In this document: positions 26,884 to 36,322 of the stretch, piece after piece | How the letters are laid out: the number at the start of each line of letters is the position of its first letter | Numbering within the stretch: position 1 is the first letter of the stretch | The notes under the pieces: model-generated | Databases searched by the model: none | Told to the model about the DNA's origin: nothing | What the model saw: the letters and a program-made list of their open reading frames with translations, nothing else | Assembly: GCA_029560465.1 (NCBI GenBank) | Contig: JAKQKX010000063.1 | Location: forward strand, 67,796 to 131,795 | Source of the DNA: Candidatus Omnitrophota bacterium | GTDB lineage: Bacteria > Omnitrophota > Gorgyraeia > Zapsychrales > JANLHA01 | Length of the DNA: 64,000 nt | Reading direction: 5' to 3' | Made by a program: the position numbers and the translations under genes

Positions 26884-28890
26884 ATGATTATGAATAACGG
26901 AGTCAAACGGGTTTCTGCGGTGGTTATATTAGGGAGTGTCCTGCTCTGGACGGCCTGGGCGTACGCATACCAGCATGTCAGGATGGAAGGATATCAGCTG
27001 GTCACTGATTACGATCAGGACGGGACATACACGCCTTTTTTTGTCAAGGGGGTCGGGTACAACGCTATCCCCACCGGGGCTTTCCCGAGTGAATACGGAA
27101 TATGTTGGTATAAAGGCATTATTAACGGAAAACCCCAATTCGACTGCCCGGGGGTTCAAGAATATGAAGACCCGGTGATGATGGAAAGGGACCTGGCTAT
27201 TATCAAATCCATGAACGCCAACACAATCCGGACCTGGGGCAAGGTGACGCCGCAGTTGATGGATCAGGCCCAGGCTATGGGATTGAAGGTTATCGCCGGC
27301 TATTGGCTGGATCATAATCTGGATTTTATGAAGAGGGACCTCTCCGGCGTGGAGAAGGATTTTCTGCAGTATGTCCGGGCTTTTAAGGATCATCCGGCGC
27401 TCTTGATGTGGGTCGTGGGGTATCAGAATGAAACAGACCTTTGTAATTTCCAGGGAGCTCAAAGCGATTGCAGCCGGGCGGAGCAGGCCAAGGCCTATTA
27501 TGATTTTGTGAATGCTTTGGCCCGCCAGATCAAGACGCTGGAGGGGGATTCTTTTCATCCCGTGATGATGATCTCCGCGGACCTGGGGGATATCGGCCAG
27601 ATTGCGACCGATGAAAGGCTGAAGGACGTTGATATTCACGGATGCAATGTTTACCGGGGGCCGGACTTCAGTAATTTCTTTGAGTTGTACGCCAACCGTT
27701 CGGCCAAGCCGCTTTTGATTTCGGAATTCGGTTCAGACGCGTGGTTTGTTTTGGACGGTAAACGGCCGGAGAAAGGGGTTGAGAGGCAGGATCTCCAGGC
27801 TTCTTTCCTGGCTGAAGAGTGGGATACTTTGCTGAAATATTCGGGTGGGCGCGGCGGGTTTGTTCTGGGCGGGGTTGTCTCCCCTTTTGCCGACAGCTGG
27901 TGGCAGTATAAAGGCGAGTGGTCGCCCACATGCGCGACGCATGACCGTAATTATATCGTCGGTTTTTATTCCGGACCGGACGGGTTTACTAACCCGGAGT
28001 GGTTCGGCCTCGTGGCCTTGAAACGCCCGGAGGAAGGCCAAAAGTACGACTGGGTTAAGCCCAGGCTCGCCTATACCGTCATGCAGCAGAAATTTACGGA
28101 CCGGCCTCCGGAGCGGCCTTGGCAGGGTTTTGGCAAAGGGACGCTGAGGACGGACGTGTCCTGGAATTACACCGCCGGGTATCATTTTACGCCCCTTCAA
28201 CCGGGGCAGGTTACTCAACTGGGCGGCTTGTTTAACGGGACCAAAATGGTGTCCCTGTGGAACAAGACGACGGGGGTGCTGCTGGCGAAGGCGAAGGTGG
28301 CGTCGGCCAACACGTGGTCTTACAGTGATATCTCTCCGGTAGAGGTTATTCCGAGTTACACGTATACCGTCGCGGTGACATTGGACGGGAGCGGGGGCAG
28401 CCACACCTATGATATCCCCGCCCTGCCGCTGACATGCGGGGATATTCGGATCGAAGGTTCGACATTCGCTTACGGAAGTGCCCGGCCGGTTTCGACAGTG
28501 TTGCCGCAGATGTACGGGCAGGCTGATATTAATTTTGTCCCTCAACGGAAAGGGAACAACCGCGCGCCGATTCTCCTTTCTTCACCGGTGATTTCTCCGC
28601 GCTCCATCTCGGAGAATAAGAAGGGGACGCTGACGGTGCAAGCCAAAGATGAAGACGGGGACACTTTGGTTTACCGGTGGCTCCCCAGTGTCGGGAGCAT
28701 TGAGGGCGACGGGCCCCAGGTGACGTATATCCCGCCGGATGTCTCAGAAAAGACGTTGGAAAACGTCGTCAGCCTTATCAGCGACGGCCGGGGGGGGATT
28801 GTATACGGGAATGTCCTTTTTGAAGTTTTTCCGGTATTTGATCAAACGGCCCCGGAGGAGACAACGAGCCATGAAACGACAGGTCTTTAA
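26884..28890 (+). CDS. secreted GH72-like clan GH-A enzyme (paralog 2) with a DUF4082-like and Ig/PKD-like C-terminal extension
   Basis: A signal peptide is followed by FFVKGVGYNAIP, DLAIIKSMNANTIRTWGKV, LMWVVGYQNETD, VDIHGCNVYRGPDF and LISEFGSDAWF. These are collinear with the 30144..31382 and 6894..9506 proteins. Confidence 0.7.
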   Translation: MIMNNGVKRVSAVVILGSVLLWTAWAYAYQHVRMEGYQLVTDYDQDGTYTPFFVKGVGYNAIPTGAFPSEYGICWYKGIINGKPQFDCPGVQEYEDPVMMERDLAIIKSMNANTIRTWGKVTPQLMDQAQAMGLKVIAGYWLDHNLDFMKRDLSGVEKDFLQYVRAFKDHPALLMWVVGYQNETDLCNFQGAQSDCSRAEQAKAYYDFVNALARQIKTLEGDSFHPVMMISADLGDIGQIATDERLKDVDIHGCNVYRGPDFSNFFELYANRSAKPLLISEFGSDAWFVLDGKRPEKGVERQDLQASFLAEEWDTLLKYSGGRGGFVLGGVVSPFADSWWQYKGEWSPTCATHDRNYIVGFYSGPDGFTNPEWFGLVALKRPEEGQKYDWVKPRLAYTVMQQKFTDRPPERPWQGFGKGTLRTDVSWNYTAGYHFTPLQPGQVTQLGGLFNGTKMVSLWNKTTGVLLAKAKVASANTWSYSDISPVEVIPSYTYTVAVTLDGSGGSHTYDIPALPLTCGDIRIEGSTFAYGSARPVSTVLPQMYGQADINFVPQRKGNNRAPILLSSPVISPRSISENKKGTLTVQAKDEDGDTLVYRWLPSVGSIEGDGPQVTYIPPDVSEKTLENVVSLISDGRGGIVYGNVLFEVFPVFDQTAPEETTSHETTGL

Positions 28891-29914
28891 AATGGGTGTT
28901 TTGTGTGCGGCGCTTCTGGCGTGGCCGGACTCGGCCGCCGGAGATACGTTTTACCTGCGGTCCGGGAGAATTATTGAAGGAACGGTTGTCGAAGAAACGG
29001 ACGATGCCTTGAAAATTAAGACCGAACGGAGGATTTTCTCCCTGCAGAAGCGCCTGATCCAGAGGGTGGAAACATCGAGCCCCGTCGTCACCAAAGTCGG
29101 CACACGGAACCCCTATCCTTCCCGCGCGCCCCAACCGGGAAGCCCGGGAAGGCCGTTTACGCCGGTTGACATTGAAATCCTCTCGGAAGGGCATACCCTT
29201 TCGCCCGCCGTTCGGGAAGAGATCGTGTATGTGATCTCCAAGATGTTCGTGGTTTTCGAAGATGTGTTGGGCCTTGATTTTAACCGGGAGCGCATGTTCA
29301 AAGCCCGCGTCTTCGGGGATTTCGCCGCGTATCAATCCTATCAGGCACAGGTATCGACGTCCCGGTCGGACACGGGCTTTTATTCAATACAAAATAAAGA
29401 AATGGTCCTCTGGAAAAATGACAGCGGCCGTAAAATGTTGCGTATCCTTTATCACGAAGCCAGCCGCGCGATTTTGCACAGACAAATCCCACGGTGTCCG
29501 CCTTGGATCGACGAGGGATTAGCGGAGTTTTTTGAGTATGGGGCCATGGAAGAGGATTCTGTGGTCGTGCAGCCGCAGATGCACAAGGATGAACGGGTGA
29601 AAGCATGGCTGCGGGCTGGAACGCTTATGCCTCTGGAACCGTATCTCCGTTTGCCGGACGCGGAATGGCGGCAGCGCAATGAACGGCAGGACGCCCCGAT
29701 GAGCACCATGGCCTGGTCCCTGATAACGTTTTTACTGTCAACGGAAAAAGGCCGGGCCGCATTTTCCGGGGTGGTCCATGAACTCAGGCGGTTTAATCAT
29801 AAGAATTTTCCAAGTTACCGGGCGATCGAGCATTATTATCCGGGGGGGCTTAAGGCAATGGAGGCGGAATGGCGCGCCTGGATTCCGCGGCCGAGAAAAG
29901 AGAGCAGCTTTTGA
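28871..29914 (+). CDS. secreted protein, DUF1570-like putative peptidase-type domain with an N-terminal beta-hairpin motif
   Basis: I chose the ATG at 28871 (MKRQVFKMGVLCAALLAWPDSAAG) because it gives a clean signal peptide. The product has a conserved LYHEASRAILH segment. Its N-terminal motif TFYLRSGRIIEGTVVEETDDALKIKT is shared with the 343..903 protein. Confidence 0.45.
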   Translation: MKRQVFKMGVLCAALLAWPDSAAGDTFYLRSGRIIEGTVVEETDDALKIKTERRIFSLQKRLIQRVETSSPVVTKVGTRNPYPSRAPQPGSPGRPFTPVDIEILSEGHTLSPAVREEIVYVISKMFVVFEDVLGLDFNRERMFKARVFGDFAAYQSYQAQVSTSRSDTGFYSIQNKEMVLWKNDSGRKMLRILYHEASRAILHRQIPRCPPWIDEGLAEFFEYGAMEEDSVVVQPQMHKDERVKAWLRAGTLMPLEPYLRLPDAEWRQRNERQDAPMSTMAWSLITFLLSTEKGRAAFSGVVHELRRFNHKNFPSYRAIEHYYPGGLKAMEAEWRAWIPRPRKESSF

Positions 29915-30143
29915 TCAGCGTTTGGCTGTTGTTCTGAAGAAAAAAACGGCGTGCGGGCGGCCACCCACACACCGTAAGTAACCCGAGGATAGCATAGGAG
30001 CCAGTCCTCAGTCCTGTGTTGCGTTCTTAGTATAGCAAGGCACTGTCTCCTTGGCAATCGTCATCTTAAAGGAGGTGGTGCTTTTTTTATGGCCGGGAGG
30101 GAATTTTGACGGGAACCAGGTTAAAACTTGAAAGGAGGATAAT

Positions 30144-31382
30144 ATGAACAGGACAGGGATCAAATACGGGCTGGCGACGGGGGTCATCATGGCGGTTATC
30201 CTGTTAGGGATTTCACCTTGTTGGGCGTATCCTTATGTCAGGGTGGACGGGCGGCGATTATTGACGGATTTTGACCGGGACGGGCGGTATGAGCCGTTTC
30301 TTGTGAAAGGGATGGGGTATTCCAACACCCCGATCGGGTCGTTCCCGTCCCAGTACGGGTTATGCTGGTACCGCGGCACGTCCGACGGGCAGCCGCAGTT
30401 TGAATGCCCAGGGGATCAGGAGTATGACAATCCGCTTCTTCTGGACCAGGACCTTCCGTTGATTAAAGACATGAATGCCAACACGATTCGGACTTGGGGG
30501 AAGGTCACGCCGGAACTTCTTAAGAAAGCTAATGAGCTGGGGCTGAAGGTCATTGCCGGTTACTGGATTCCTCATCAGCTGGATTATGTGAACGGGGACC
30601 TGGCCGCGTTGGAGAAGGACATCCTTGACTATGTCGCGGAATTCAAGGATGACCCGGCGATTTTAATGTGGGGAATTTCCAACGAGAATGAAGTGGCCTT
30701 TTGCACCTTCAAAGATGCGGGCCCCTCTTGCCGGCGGGAGGATCAGGCGGCCGCTTTTTACAAGCTTATGAATACGATTGCCCGTAAAATCAAGGAGCTG
30801 GAAGGGGAGTCGTTTCATCCGGTGATGATGGTTTCCGCTGACCTCGGGGACATCGGGGTCCATGCGGGGGATGAGGCGCTGCCTGACGTGGATGTCCACG
30901 GATGCAATGTTTATCGCGGCGGGGACTTCGGCCCCAAAGCGAACAATTTCTTCCAGCAGTATGAAAAGCGCTCCCGAAAACCGGTTTTAATCACCGAATT
31001 CGGAACGGACGCCTGGTTTGTCCTGGGAGCGGATCACCCGGAGAGAGGGAAAGAACGGCCGGACATGCAGGCTAAGTATATCGCGGAGTCTTGGGACACG
31101 ATTATGGCGTATCACGTGACCCGTGGCGGGCCGAACATCGGCGGCGTGGTGTTTCAGTATGCCGATGGATGGTGGAAATATAAAGGGGATTGGGATCCTT
31201 CTGCGGCCACGCATGATTGCGGATATACGCCGGATGTTCACGCGGGGCCGGACGGGTACATGAATGAAGAATGGTTTGGGGTGATGGCTTTGGAGCCGAA
31301 TCCTGTTCCTGGGCAACTGGACATCCTGCACCCTCGGCCGGCGTATGACGTGATCAAGGAAAAGTTTGCCGGCGAGCTTTAA
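30144..31382 (+). CDS. secreted GH72-like clan GH-A enzyme (paralog 3, catalytic domain only)
   Basis: A 412-aa product with a signal peptide. The motif series is FLVKGMGYSN, CPGDQEYDNPLLLDQDLPLIKDMNANTIRTWGKV, LMWGISNENEV, VDVHGCNVYRGGDF and LITEFGTDAW. It parallels yeast Gas1: [44 protein letters not shown] and FFSEYGCN. Confidence 0.7.
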   Translation: MNRTGIKYGLATGVIMAVILLGISPCWAYPYVRVDGRRLLTDFDRDGRYEPFLVKGMGYSNTPIGSFPSQYGLCWYRGTSDGQPQFECPGDQEYDNPLLLDQDLPLIKDMNANTIRTWGKVTPELLKKANELGLKVIAGYWIPHQLDYVNGDLAALEKDILDYVAEFKDDPAILMWGISNENEVAFCTFKDAGPSCRREDQAAAFYKLMNTIARKIKELEGESFHPVMMVSADLGDIGVHAGDEALPDVDVHGCNVYRGGDFGPKANNFFQQYEKRSRKPVLITEFGTDAWFVLGADHPERGKERPDMQAKYIAESWDTIMAYHVTRGGPNIGGVVFQYADGWWKYKGDWDPSAATHDCGYTPDVHAGPDGYMNEEWFGVMALEPNPVPGQLDILHPRPAYDVIKEKFAGEL

Positions 31383-31446
31383 ATCCGGGGCCGGTCTGTT
31401 TAAAACAAGAAGGGTTCTGGTCAGAAACATTAAACGAGAGGAGATC

Positions 31447-31911
31447 ATGATGAAACGGTATTTAATTCTTTTAACGGCCGTGTTGGGTTTGTTTGCCGTA
31501 TCGACGGCCGCGCTGGCGCTGGATTTCGGTGATTATAAATCATCCACGCTCACGGCCAAAGCCTGGGGCGCGCTGAACAGCAAAGATTACAAGGAAGCGA
31601 TTATTTACACGGACAAATGCATTGAACTGTATTCGGATAAAGCTCGGGAGATGCAGGCTAAGATGAACGAATACCCGTCCGGGGCGACGGAGGAGATTCA
31701 CACGAATTACTGGGCGCTGAACGACGTGGCGACAAGTTTGTTCATAAAAGGGAAAGCTTTGCTTGAGCTGGGCCAGGAAGACCAAGCGAAGGATGTTTTT
31801 AAAACATTGATCGGGGAATTTACATACGGTCAATGCTGGGACCCGAATGGGCCGTGGTTCTGGGCTCCGGCCAGGGCGGCGAAAGATCAGTTGCTGGTCT
31901 TGGAAGGGTAG
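31447..31911 (+). CDS. secreted single-copy Trp-rich helical module protein
   Basis: The ATG at 31447 has a GAGAGGAG RBS. After a signal peptide the protein reads LDFGDYKSSTLTAKAW...TYGQCWDPNGPWFWAPARAAKDQL, which is the same module as in 9741..10601. Confidence 0.7.
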   Translation: MMKRYLILLTAVLGLFAVSTAALALDFGDYKSSTLTAKAWGALNSKDYKEAIIYTDKCIELYSDKAREMQAKMNEYPSGATEEIHTNYWALNDVATSLFIKGKALLELGQEDQAKDVFKTLIGEFTYGQCWDPNGPWFWAPARAAKDQLLVLEG

Positions 31912-31991
31912 ACAAGGGGGACGGGGGCTGATGGTGTTCAGGCGGATCCTGTTCGCGTTCGCGCCGTCAGCCCTCTGGCCTTTTTGTCGTT

Positions 31992-33968
31992 TTATGGCCC
32001 AGTGCCGTATCGTTTTATAAAATCCTCGAAATACGCCGCCACGGATGAGTTCCCGGGATACCGGCTCCGGGCCTCTTTTAACAGGGCTTCCGCCTCCTGT
32101 CCATAATGGTCTTTTTCGAGCATATGGATTAACTGAAGATATGTCCGCGGATCAGGATGGCGTTCCAGCAGTCCTTGAACAGCCCAACGATATTGTTCCA
32201 CGTTATTTTGTTTTAAATACAGCACCATCAGCCGGGTTTTTATATAAAACAGCTGGGTTGTATCCGGGTTTAATGTCAGGGCGGCTTCATAATGTTGGAT
32301 GGCTTTTTTATCTTCTCCCGAGGAACGATAAATATCAGCCAAATTTAATCTGGGGGAAAAGGATCGCGGGGCTTGTTTTATAGCTGCCAGAAAATCCTGT
32401 TGTGCAGTTTGGATGTCCCCTTCCTTAAGGTGGATGACACCGAGATTATTGAACAAATATGGCGAAGAAAAGCCTTCCTGCCGGGCCTGTGCGATCACTT
32501 CCTCCGCCTGCGCGTAATCCCCTTTTAAAGTTAAAAATGTGGCCAGGTTTTCGTATGTTCGGGGAACGCAATGATGGCCCAGCTTTAATGCGCGCCGCGC
32601 GAGATCCACCGCCTGGTCCAGCCGGCCTTCATCAGCGTAGAGCTTAGATAGGGTTATTAAAGGGATGAGGTTCTCGGGGCAAACTTTCAACCAATATTCA
32701 CAGTAACTTTTTTCTGACCTGGCTATCAAATGGTACGTCTGCGTCCAGAAAATAAAATACAGCGCCAGGAATCCCAAACACGCGTGTTTCACGAAAGGCC
32801 TTAATTTGTCAAGGACCCGGATAATCCCCGACGCGAAAAGCAAGAATAGCCCAATACTCGAAAAATACATCCAATGGGATTCAATCACCATCCCCATATA
32901 AGCATGGGTCAAACTGGCGGGAAAGACAAAAAGGCAGCCGATGCCAAACCATGCGATGGCCGGGGCGGTTATGCCCTTAGACGGTCTGTGGGTTAAGAAT
33001 AAGAAAAAGATCAATACAAGCGCGGCGAGACCGTTCCACATCCAAACACCTTGACGCATCAGAGGTACGTTGTAAATAAAGACAATTCCTTCCGGGTAAA
33101 TGAACCGTGAGATATACTGAAATATTAACTGGGTTATGGCGGCCAGATAGCTCGGGAAGGGGGGAGAAAGCAGGAGGATCCTTTGCATAAAATTTGATTC
33201 TCCCCGGCACAACCTTAGCCAGATGAACAGGTCTATCAATGAAAGGGTGAAAAAAGGAAGAAGGAATTTGACGTGAGATGCCCGGTGGTTTTTATTAATC
33301 AATTTTATAAAAATTAAAAGATAGAGGGGAAAAATGGCTGCGGCTTCAAAAAACAGGAGTCCGCAGAGAAAGGATAAAAGCCCCGCGAAGTAGTATCCCG
33401 GCTTTTTCACGGCGCTTGTCATATATTTCCAAACACATAATAAACTCGCTTGCAAGAACAGCGCGTAAAAAAACACAAAGCCGGCACTGGGCATATGGAT
33501 ATAAAACGCGTGAATGGGGTGGACGGCAAATAAGGCGGAAGCGAGAAACGCCGTTCTCCGGTCACGCGTGATAATGCCGATGAGTTTAAAGAATAAAAGC
33601 ACGTTCGCAAGAAACGCCAGCCAGATGAAGAACCGCAGCAAATGCGGGCGTGATTGAAAGCGGTGAAATAAGAACATGTTTGTCGAATAATAAAGAGGGG
33701 CGTAATGGTGCGTCTTAGGTGGGACTTGAATGAAAAAGTCTTGGGGCGTTTGAAAGACCGCCTGGTATTTCCGATCCAGAAAGTTATAATCATCAATTAA
33801 AAATTCATTGGAAAAACTGGGGGCATAAGAAAAGAAAGAAAGGGCGATCAGCAAAAGCGCCATCCCTTTCCAGGAGCACAGGGCCTGCCGTAATTTTTCA
33901 CCGATGTCCTTCATCACAGGCTTCATGGATATCCTTTTTATAAGACAAATTTTATGATAGGGTAACAC
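31992..33968 (-). CDS. TMTC/PMT_2-like multi-pass membrane protein with C-terminal TPR repeats (putative protein O-glycosyltransferase family)
   Basis: About 11 TM helices include an FSNEFLIDD motif of the NxFxxDD type. Around five C-terminal TPR repeats follow. The start may be one of the internal ATGs (MKPVMKD). Confidence 0.55.
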   Translation of the reverse strand: MLPYHKICLIKRISMKPVMKDIGEKLRQALCSWKGMALLLIALSFFSYAPSFSNEFLIDDYNFLDRKYQAVFQTPQDFFIQVPPKTHHYAPLYYSTNMFLFHRFQSRPHLLRFFIWLAFLANVLLFFKLIGIITRDRRTAFLASALFAVHPIHAFYIHMPSAGFVFFYALFLQASLLCVWKYMTSAVKKPGYYFAGLLSFLCGLLFFEAAAIFPLYLLIFIKLINKNHRASHVKFLLPFFTLSLIDLFIWLRLCRGESNFMQRILLLSPPFPSYLAAITQLIFQYISRFIYPEGIVFIYNVPLMRQGVWMWNGLAALVLIFFLFLTHRPSKGITAPAIAWFGIGCLFVFPASLTHAYMGMVIESHWMYFSSIGLFLLFASGIIRVLDKLRPFVKHACLGFLALYFIFWTQTYHLIARSEKSYCEYWLKVCPENLIPLITLSKLYADEGRLDQAVDLARRALKLGHHCVPRTYENLATFLTLKGDYAQAEEVIAQARQEGFSSPYLFNNLGVIHLKEGDIQTAQQDFLAAIKQAPRSFSPRLNLADIYRSSGEDKKAIQHYEAALTLNPDTTQLFYIKTRLMVLYLKQNNVEQYRWAVQGLLERHPDPRTYLQLIHMLEKDHYGQEAEALLKEARSRYPGNSSVAAYFEDFIKRYGTGP

Positions 33969-34095
33969 ACGGACTTAAGCAAGGGATTTTCAATCAGAGG
34001 GCCAGGCTCCTGGACGACCGGGACCCCCTGTTCTCTATTGGGTGAGCGGGCGGGCGCTTCGGGCGCGGGATAACTCCCCTGGGAGAATAATCATT

Positions 34096-34123
34096 TTGAC
34101 AGGCGGCGTTTTTTTGGTAATAT
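34096..34123 (+). promoter_or_regulatory. sigma70-like promoter (TTGACA-16-TAATAT) upstream of comEA
   Basis: -35 is at 34096..34101 and -10 at 34118..34123. Confidence 0.4.
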
Positions 34124-34210
34124 GAGAGAACCTTTCCTCAGGAAAACCTTTCCCCCGTTTCTTATATTCATTCATAATTTTATTTTCCCCCGCGGAATGG
34201 CGGAATATTT

Positions 34211-34564
34211 ATGGTCGTTCATCTGACAAGGCAGGAGCGTTTGGTTTTATGTTACCTGGTTGGCGTCCTGTCGGTGGGGACCGGGTTGCAGGGGCTGATC
34301 AAAGGACGCCCGGACACGTTGCCACGGGAACAAACTTTGCCGGGCAGGGAACCCGGTGGGAAATTGGATATTAACAGCGCGTCCGAGGAAGAGCTTGTCG
34401 GCTTGCCTTGTGTCGGCCCGGTCATGGCCCGGCGGATCATGGCTTACCGCAGGGAACACGGTCCGTTTCATGACCTTTCGCAATTAAAGGAGATTAAGGG
34501 GATCGGCCGGGTTACGTATTTCAAGCTGGGCGCGCACGTGACAATACCGGAGCCTAACCCATGA
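34211..34564 (+). CDS. comEA: ComEA-like helix-hairpin-helix DNA-binding competence protein
   Basis: The C-terminal tandem HhH reads DINSASEEELVGLPCVGPVMARRIMAYR...LSQLKEIKGIGRVTYFKL. Confidence 0.75.
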   Translation: MVVHLTRQERLVLCYLVGVLSVGTGLQGLIKGRPDTLPREQTLPGREPGGKLDINSASEEELVGLPCVGPVMARRIMAYRREHGPFHDLSQLKEIKGIGRVTYFKLGAHVTIPEPNP

Positions 34565-36168
34565 CAGCCCTTGTCTTTCCCCGGTGTCCTTTGCTGGGGG
34601 TCTGCGTGTGTTTTATCCTGGGGATTGTCTTGAATCAATCCTTTAAGGTCCCGTTTGCGGTTTTATTCCTGTTCACCGTGTTGTTTTTGTCCCTGAGCCT
34701 GCTCATCCGGAAGGCAACATTGGCGACTATTTTTATCCTGGTGGCTATTATTTTTTTGGGGGGGCTTTATTCCGGGAATTATCAGCTAGTCCCTTCCCGA
34801 CACGTGAGCCGTATGCCTTATAGGGATCGGGCGGGTCTTGTCATGGTGGAAGGGGTGGTGATCTCCGATGCGGAACTCAGGGGATTTTTCGGAAGGAAAA
34901 AGACCGTTTTTATTCTGGAGCTTAAACGAATTCGGTCGGAAGGGGGATGGAAAGAAACGGAGGGGCGGATCCTCGTTAATCTTTTTCGTGACGAAGACGT
35001 CCGGTATGGGGACGCCCTGCTCCTGGAGGGGGCTTTGCATCGGCCCTTTAATTTTTCTAAAAACGGCATTTTTTCTTACCGAGAGTATTTGCGGCGTCAA
35101 GGCATCCTGTTTATTTTAAGCGTTAAAAAGACGGGGCGCGTGGAGAAGTTGACGCCACGCCGGGGGCGCGTCATGACGGGGGGGATCCTTGGCCTCAAAC
35201 ACGCATTGAAGGGCATCCTTAGGAAGCATCTGCCGGACGATGAGGCCGGGATTATGCAGGCTTTCCTTTTGGGGGATCGCAGCGGCATTCCGAAAAACGT
35301 TTATGGCCTTTTTAAAGTCTCCGGGGTGGCCCACATTATCGCGATATCCGGGTTCAACATCGGCATCGTCGCGTCTGGGATATTGTTTTTCCTGAAAATG
35401 TTCCCCATTCCCCGGCGGGGGCAATATCTTTTAACCATAGCTTTGCTGATTTCCTACGCCTTCCTGACCGGCGGTCAGCCATCGGTTGTCCGGGCCACAA
35501 TTATGGCTGTTGTTTTCCTGCTTGGGTTTCTTGTTGAACGGGAGCCGGAGCCCATGAATTCTTTGGCGCTGGCCGCTTTAATCATTTTGCTGATGAATCC
35601 GTTGAATGTGTTTGATGCCGGGTTCCAGCTTTCTTTTCTCAGCGTCATCGCTATTTATCTTTTTTATTCAGGGACCCTGGATATTTTGTGCAAACTCTTT
35701 CATCGGATCGAGCCTTGGCTGGGCAACGGGAAGAAGCCGGGCGGGGCAGGGAAATTATGCGGTGTCCGGTGCTGGGTTCTGTACCATCTTCGGCAATCCC
35801 TCGCGCTTTCTTTGGCGGTCTACGCGGTGGTGGGCCCTTTGATTGCGTATTATTTCCGTTTAATAACGCCCATTGTCGTTTTTGCGAATATCGTGGTCGT
35901 TCCTTTAGCCTCGTTTTTGATATTTTTGGGGATGGGGCTTTTGCTGGTTGGTGTCCTTTTCCCGTTTGGGGCGGCCGCCTTTGCCAACTGCATTACGGTC
36001 CTGCTGAATCTTATGGTGGTGAGCGTGGGCTTCTGTGCACGGATTCCCGGGGCGTATATAGAGTTAAAAAGGGCCCCTTTGTGGGCGGTGATTGTCTATT
36101 ACGCGCTGGTGGCGTCGGTTTTCTTAACCACGCGCCTTCTTAAAAAAAAGGAGGGCCTGTCATTATAG
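34561..36168 (+). CDS. comEC: ComEC/Rec2 DNA-uptake channel (DUF4131 plus competence domain, no metallo-beta-lactamase domain)
   Basis: A polytopic membrane protein whose start overlaps the comEA stop. The competence-domain region reads GVAHIIAISGFNIGIV. At 535 aa it is too short to carry the usual C-terminal MBL nuclease domain. Confidence 0.7.
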   Translation: MTALVFPRCPLLGVCVCFILGIVLNQSFKVPFAVLFLFTVLFLSLSLLIRKATLATIFILVAIIFLGGLYSGNYQLVPSRHVSRMPYRDRAGLVMVEGVVISDAELRGFFGRKKTVFILELKRIRSEGGWKETEGRILVNLFRDEDVRYGDALLLEGALHRPFNFSKNGIFSYREYLRRQGILFILSVKKTGRVEKLTPRRGRVMTGGILGLKHALKGILRKHLPDDEAGIMQAFLLGDRSGIPKNVYGLFKVSGVAHIIAISGFNIGIVASGILFFLKMFPIPRRGQYLLTIALLISYAFLTGGQPSVVRATIMAVVFLLGFLVEREPEPMNSLALAALIILLMNPLNVFDAGFQLSFLSVIAIYLFYSGTLDILCKLFHRIEPWLGNGKKPGGAGKLCGVRCWVLYHLRQSLALSLAVYAVVGPLIAYYFRLITPIVVFANIVVVPLASFLIFLGMGLLLVGVLFPFGAAAFANCITVLLNLMVVSVGFCARIPGAYIELKRAPLWAVIVYYALVASVFLTTRLLKKKEGLSL

Positions 36169-36175
36169 ATTCCCC

Positions 36176-36203
36176 TTGTATTTCACAAGAATTGGTATAC
36201 AAT
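36176..36203 (+). promoter_or_regulatory. sigma70-like promoter (TTGTAT-16-TACAAT)
   Basis: -35 is at 36176..36181 and -10 at 36198..36203, upstream of the permease gene. Confidence 0.3.
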
Positions 36204-36322
36204 AAAACACAATTTTGCGAAGGAGCCCTTATGGATGTTTCTCTGGCACCGCAGATTTCATGCCTTCGCAGGATTCCCCGAGAGGCGTATTAGGATAAAG
36301 ATACCCGCAAAAAGATTGTGTT

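Noticed and set aside
21509-28545. Antisense ORFs of 234-270 aa within the leuS, ABC and GH genes (21509..22213, 24916..25617, 26929..27639 and 27733..28545).
   Set aside because: They overlap well-supported plus-strand genes and have no motifs. The GC-rich antisense frames simply stay open by chance.
28739-28870. The 5' extension of the DUF1570-like ORF, overlapping 152 nt of the upstream GH gene.
   Set aside because: The extension MSQKRRWKTSSALSATAGGG... has no RBS and would bury the signal peptide. The internal ATG at 28871 has a GGAGGAG RBS and yields a canonical signal peptide.
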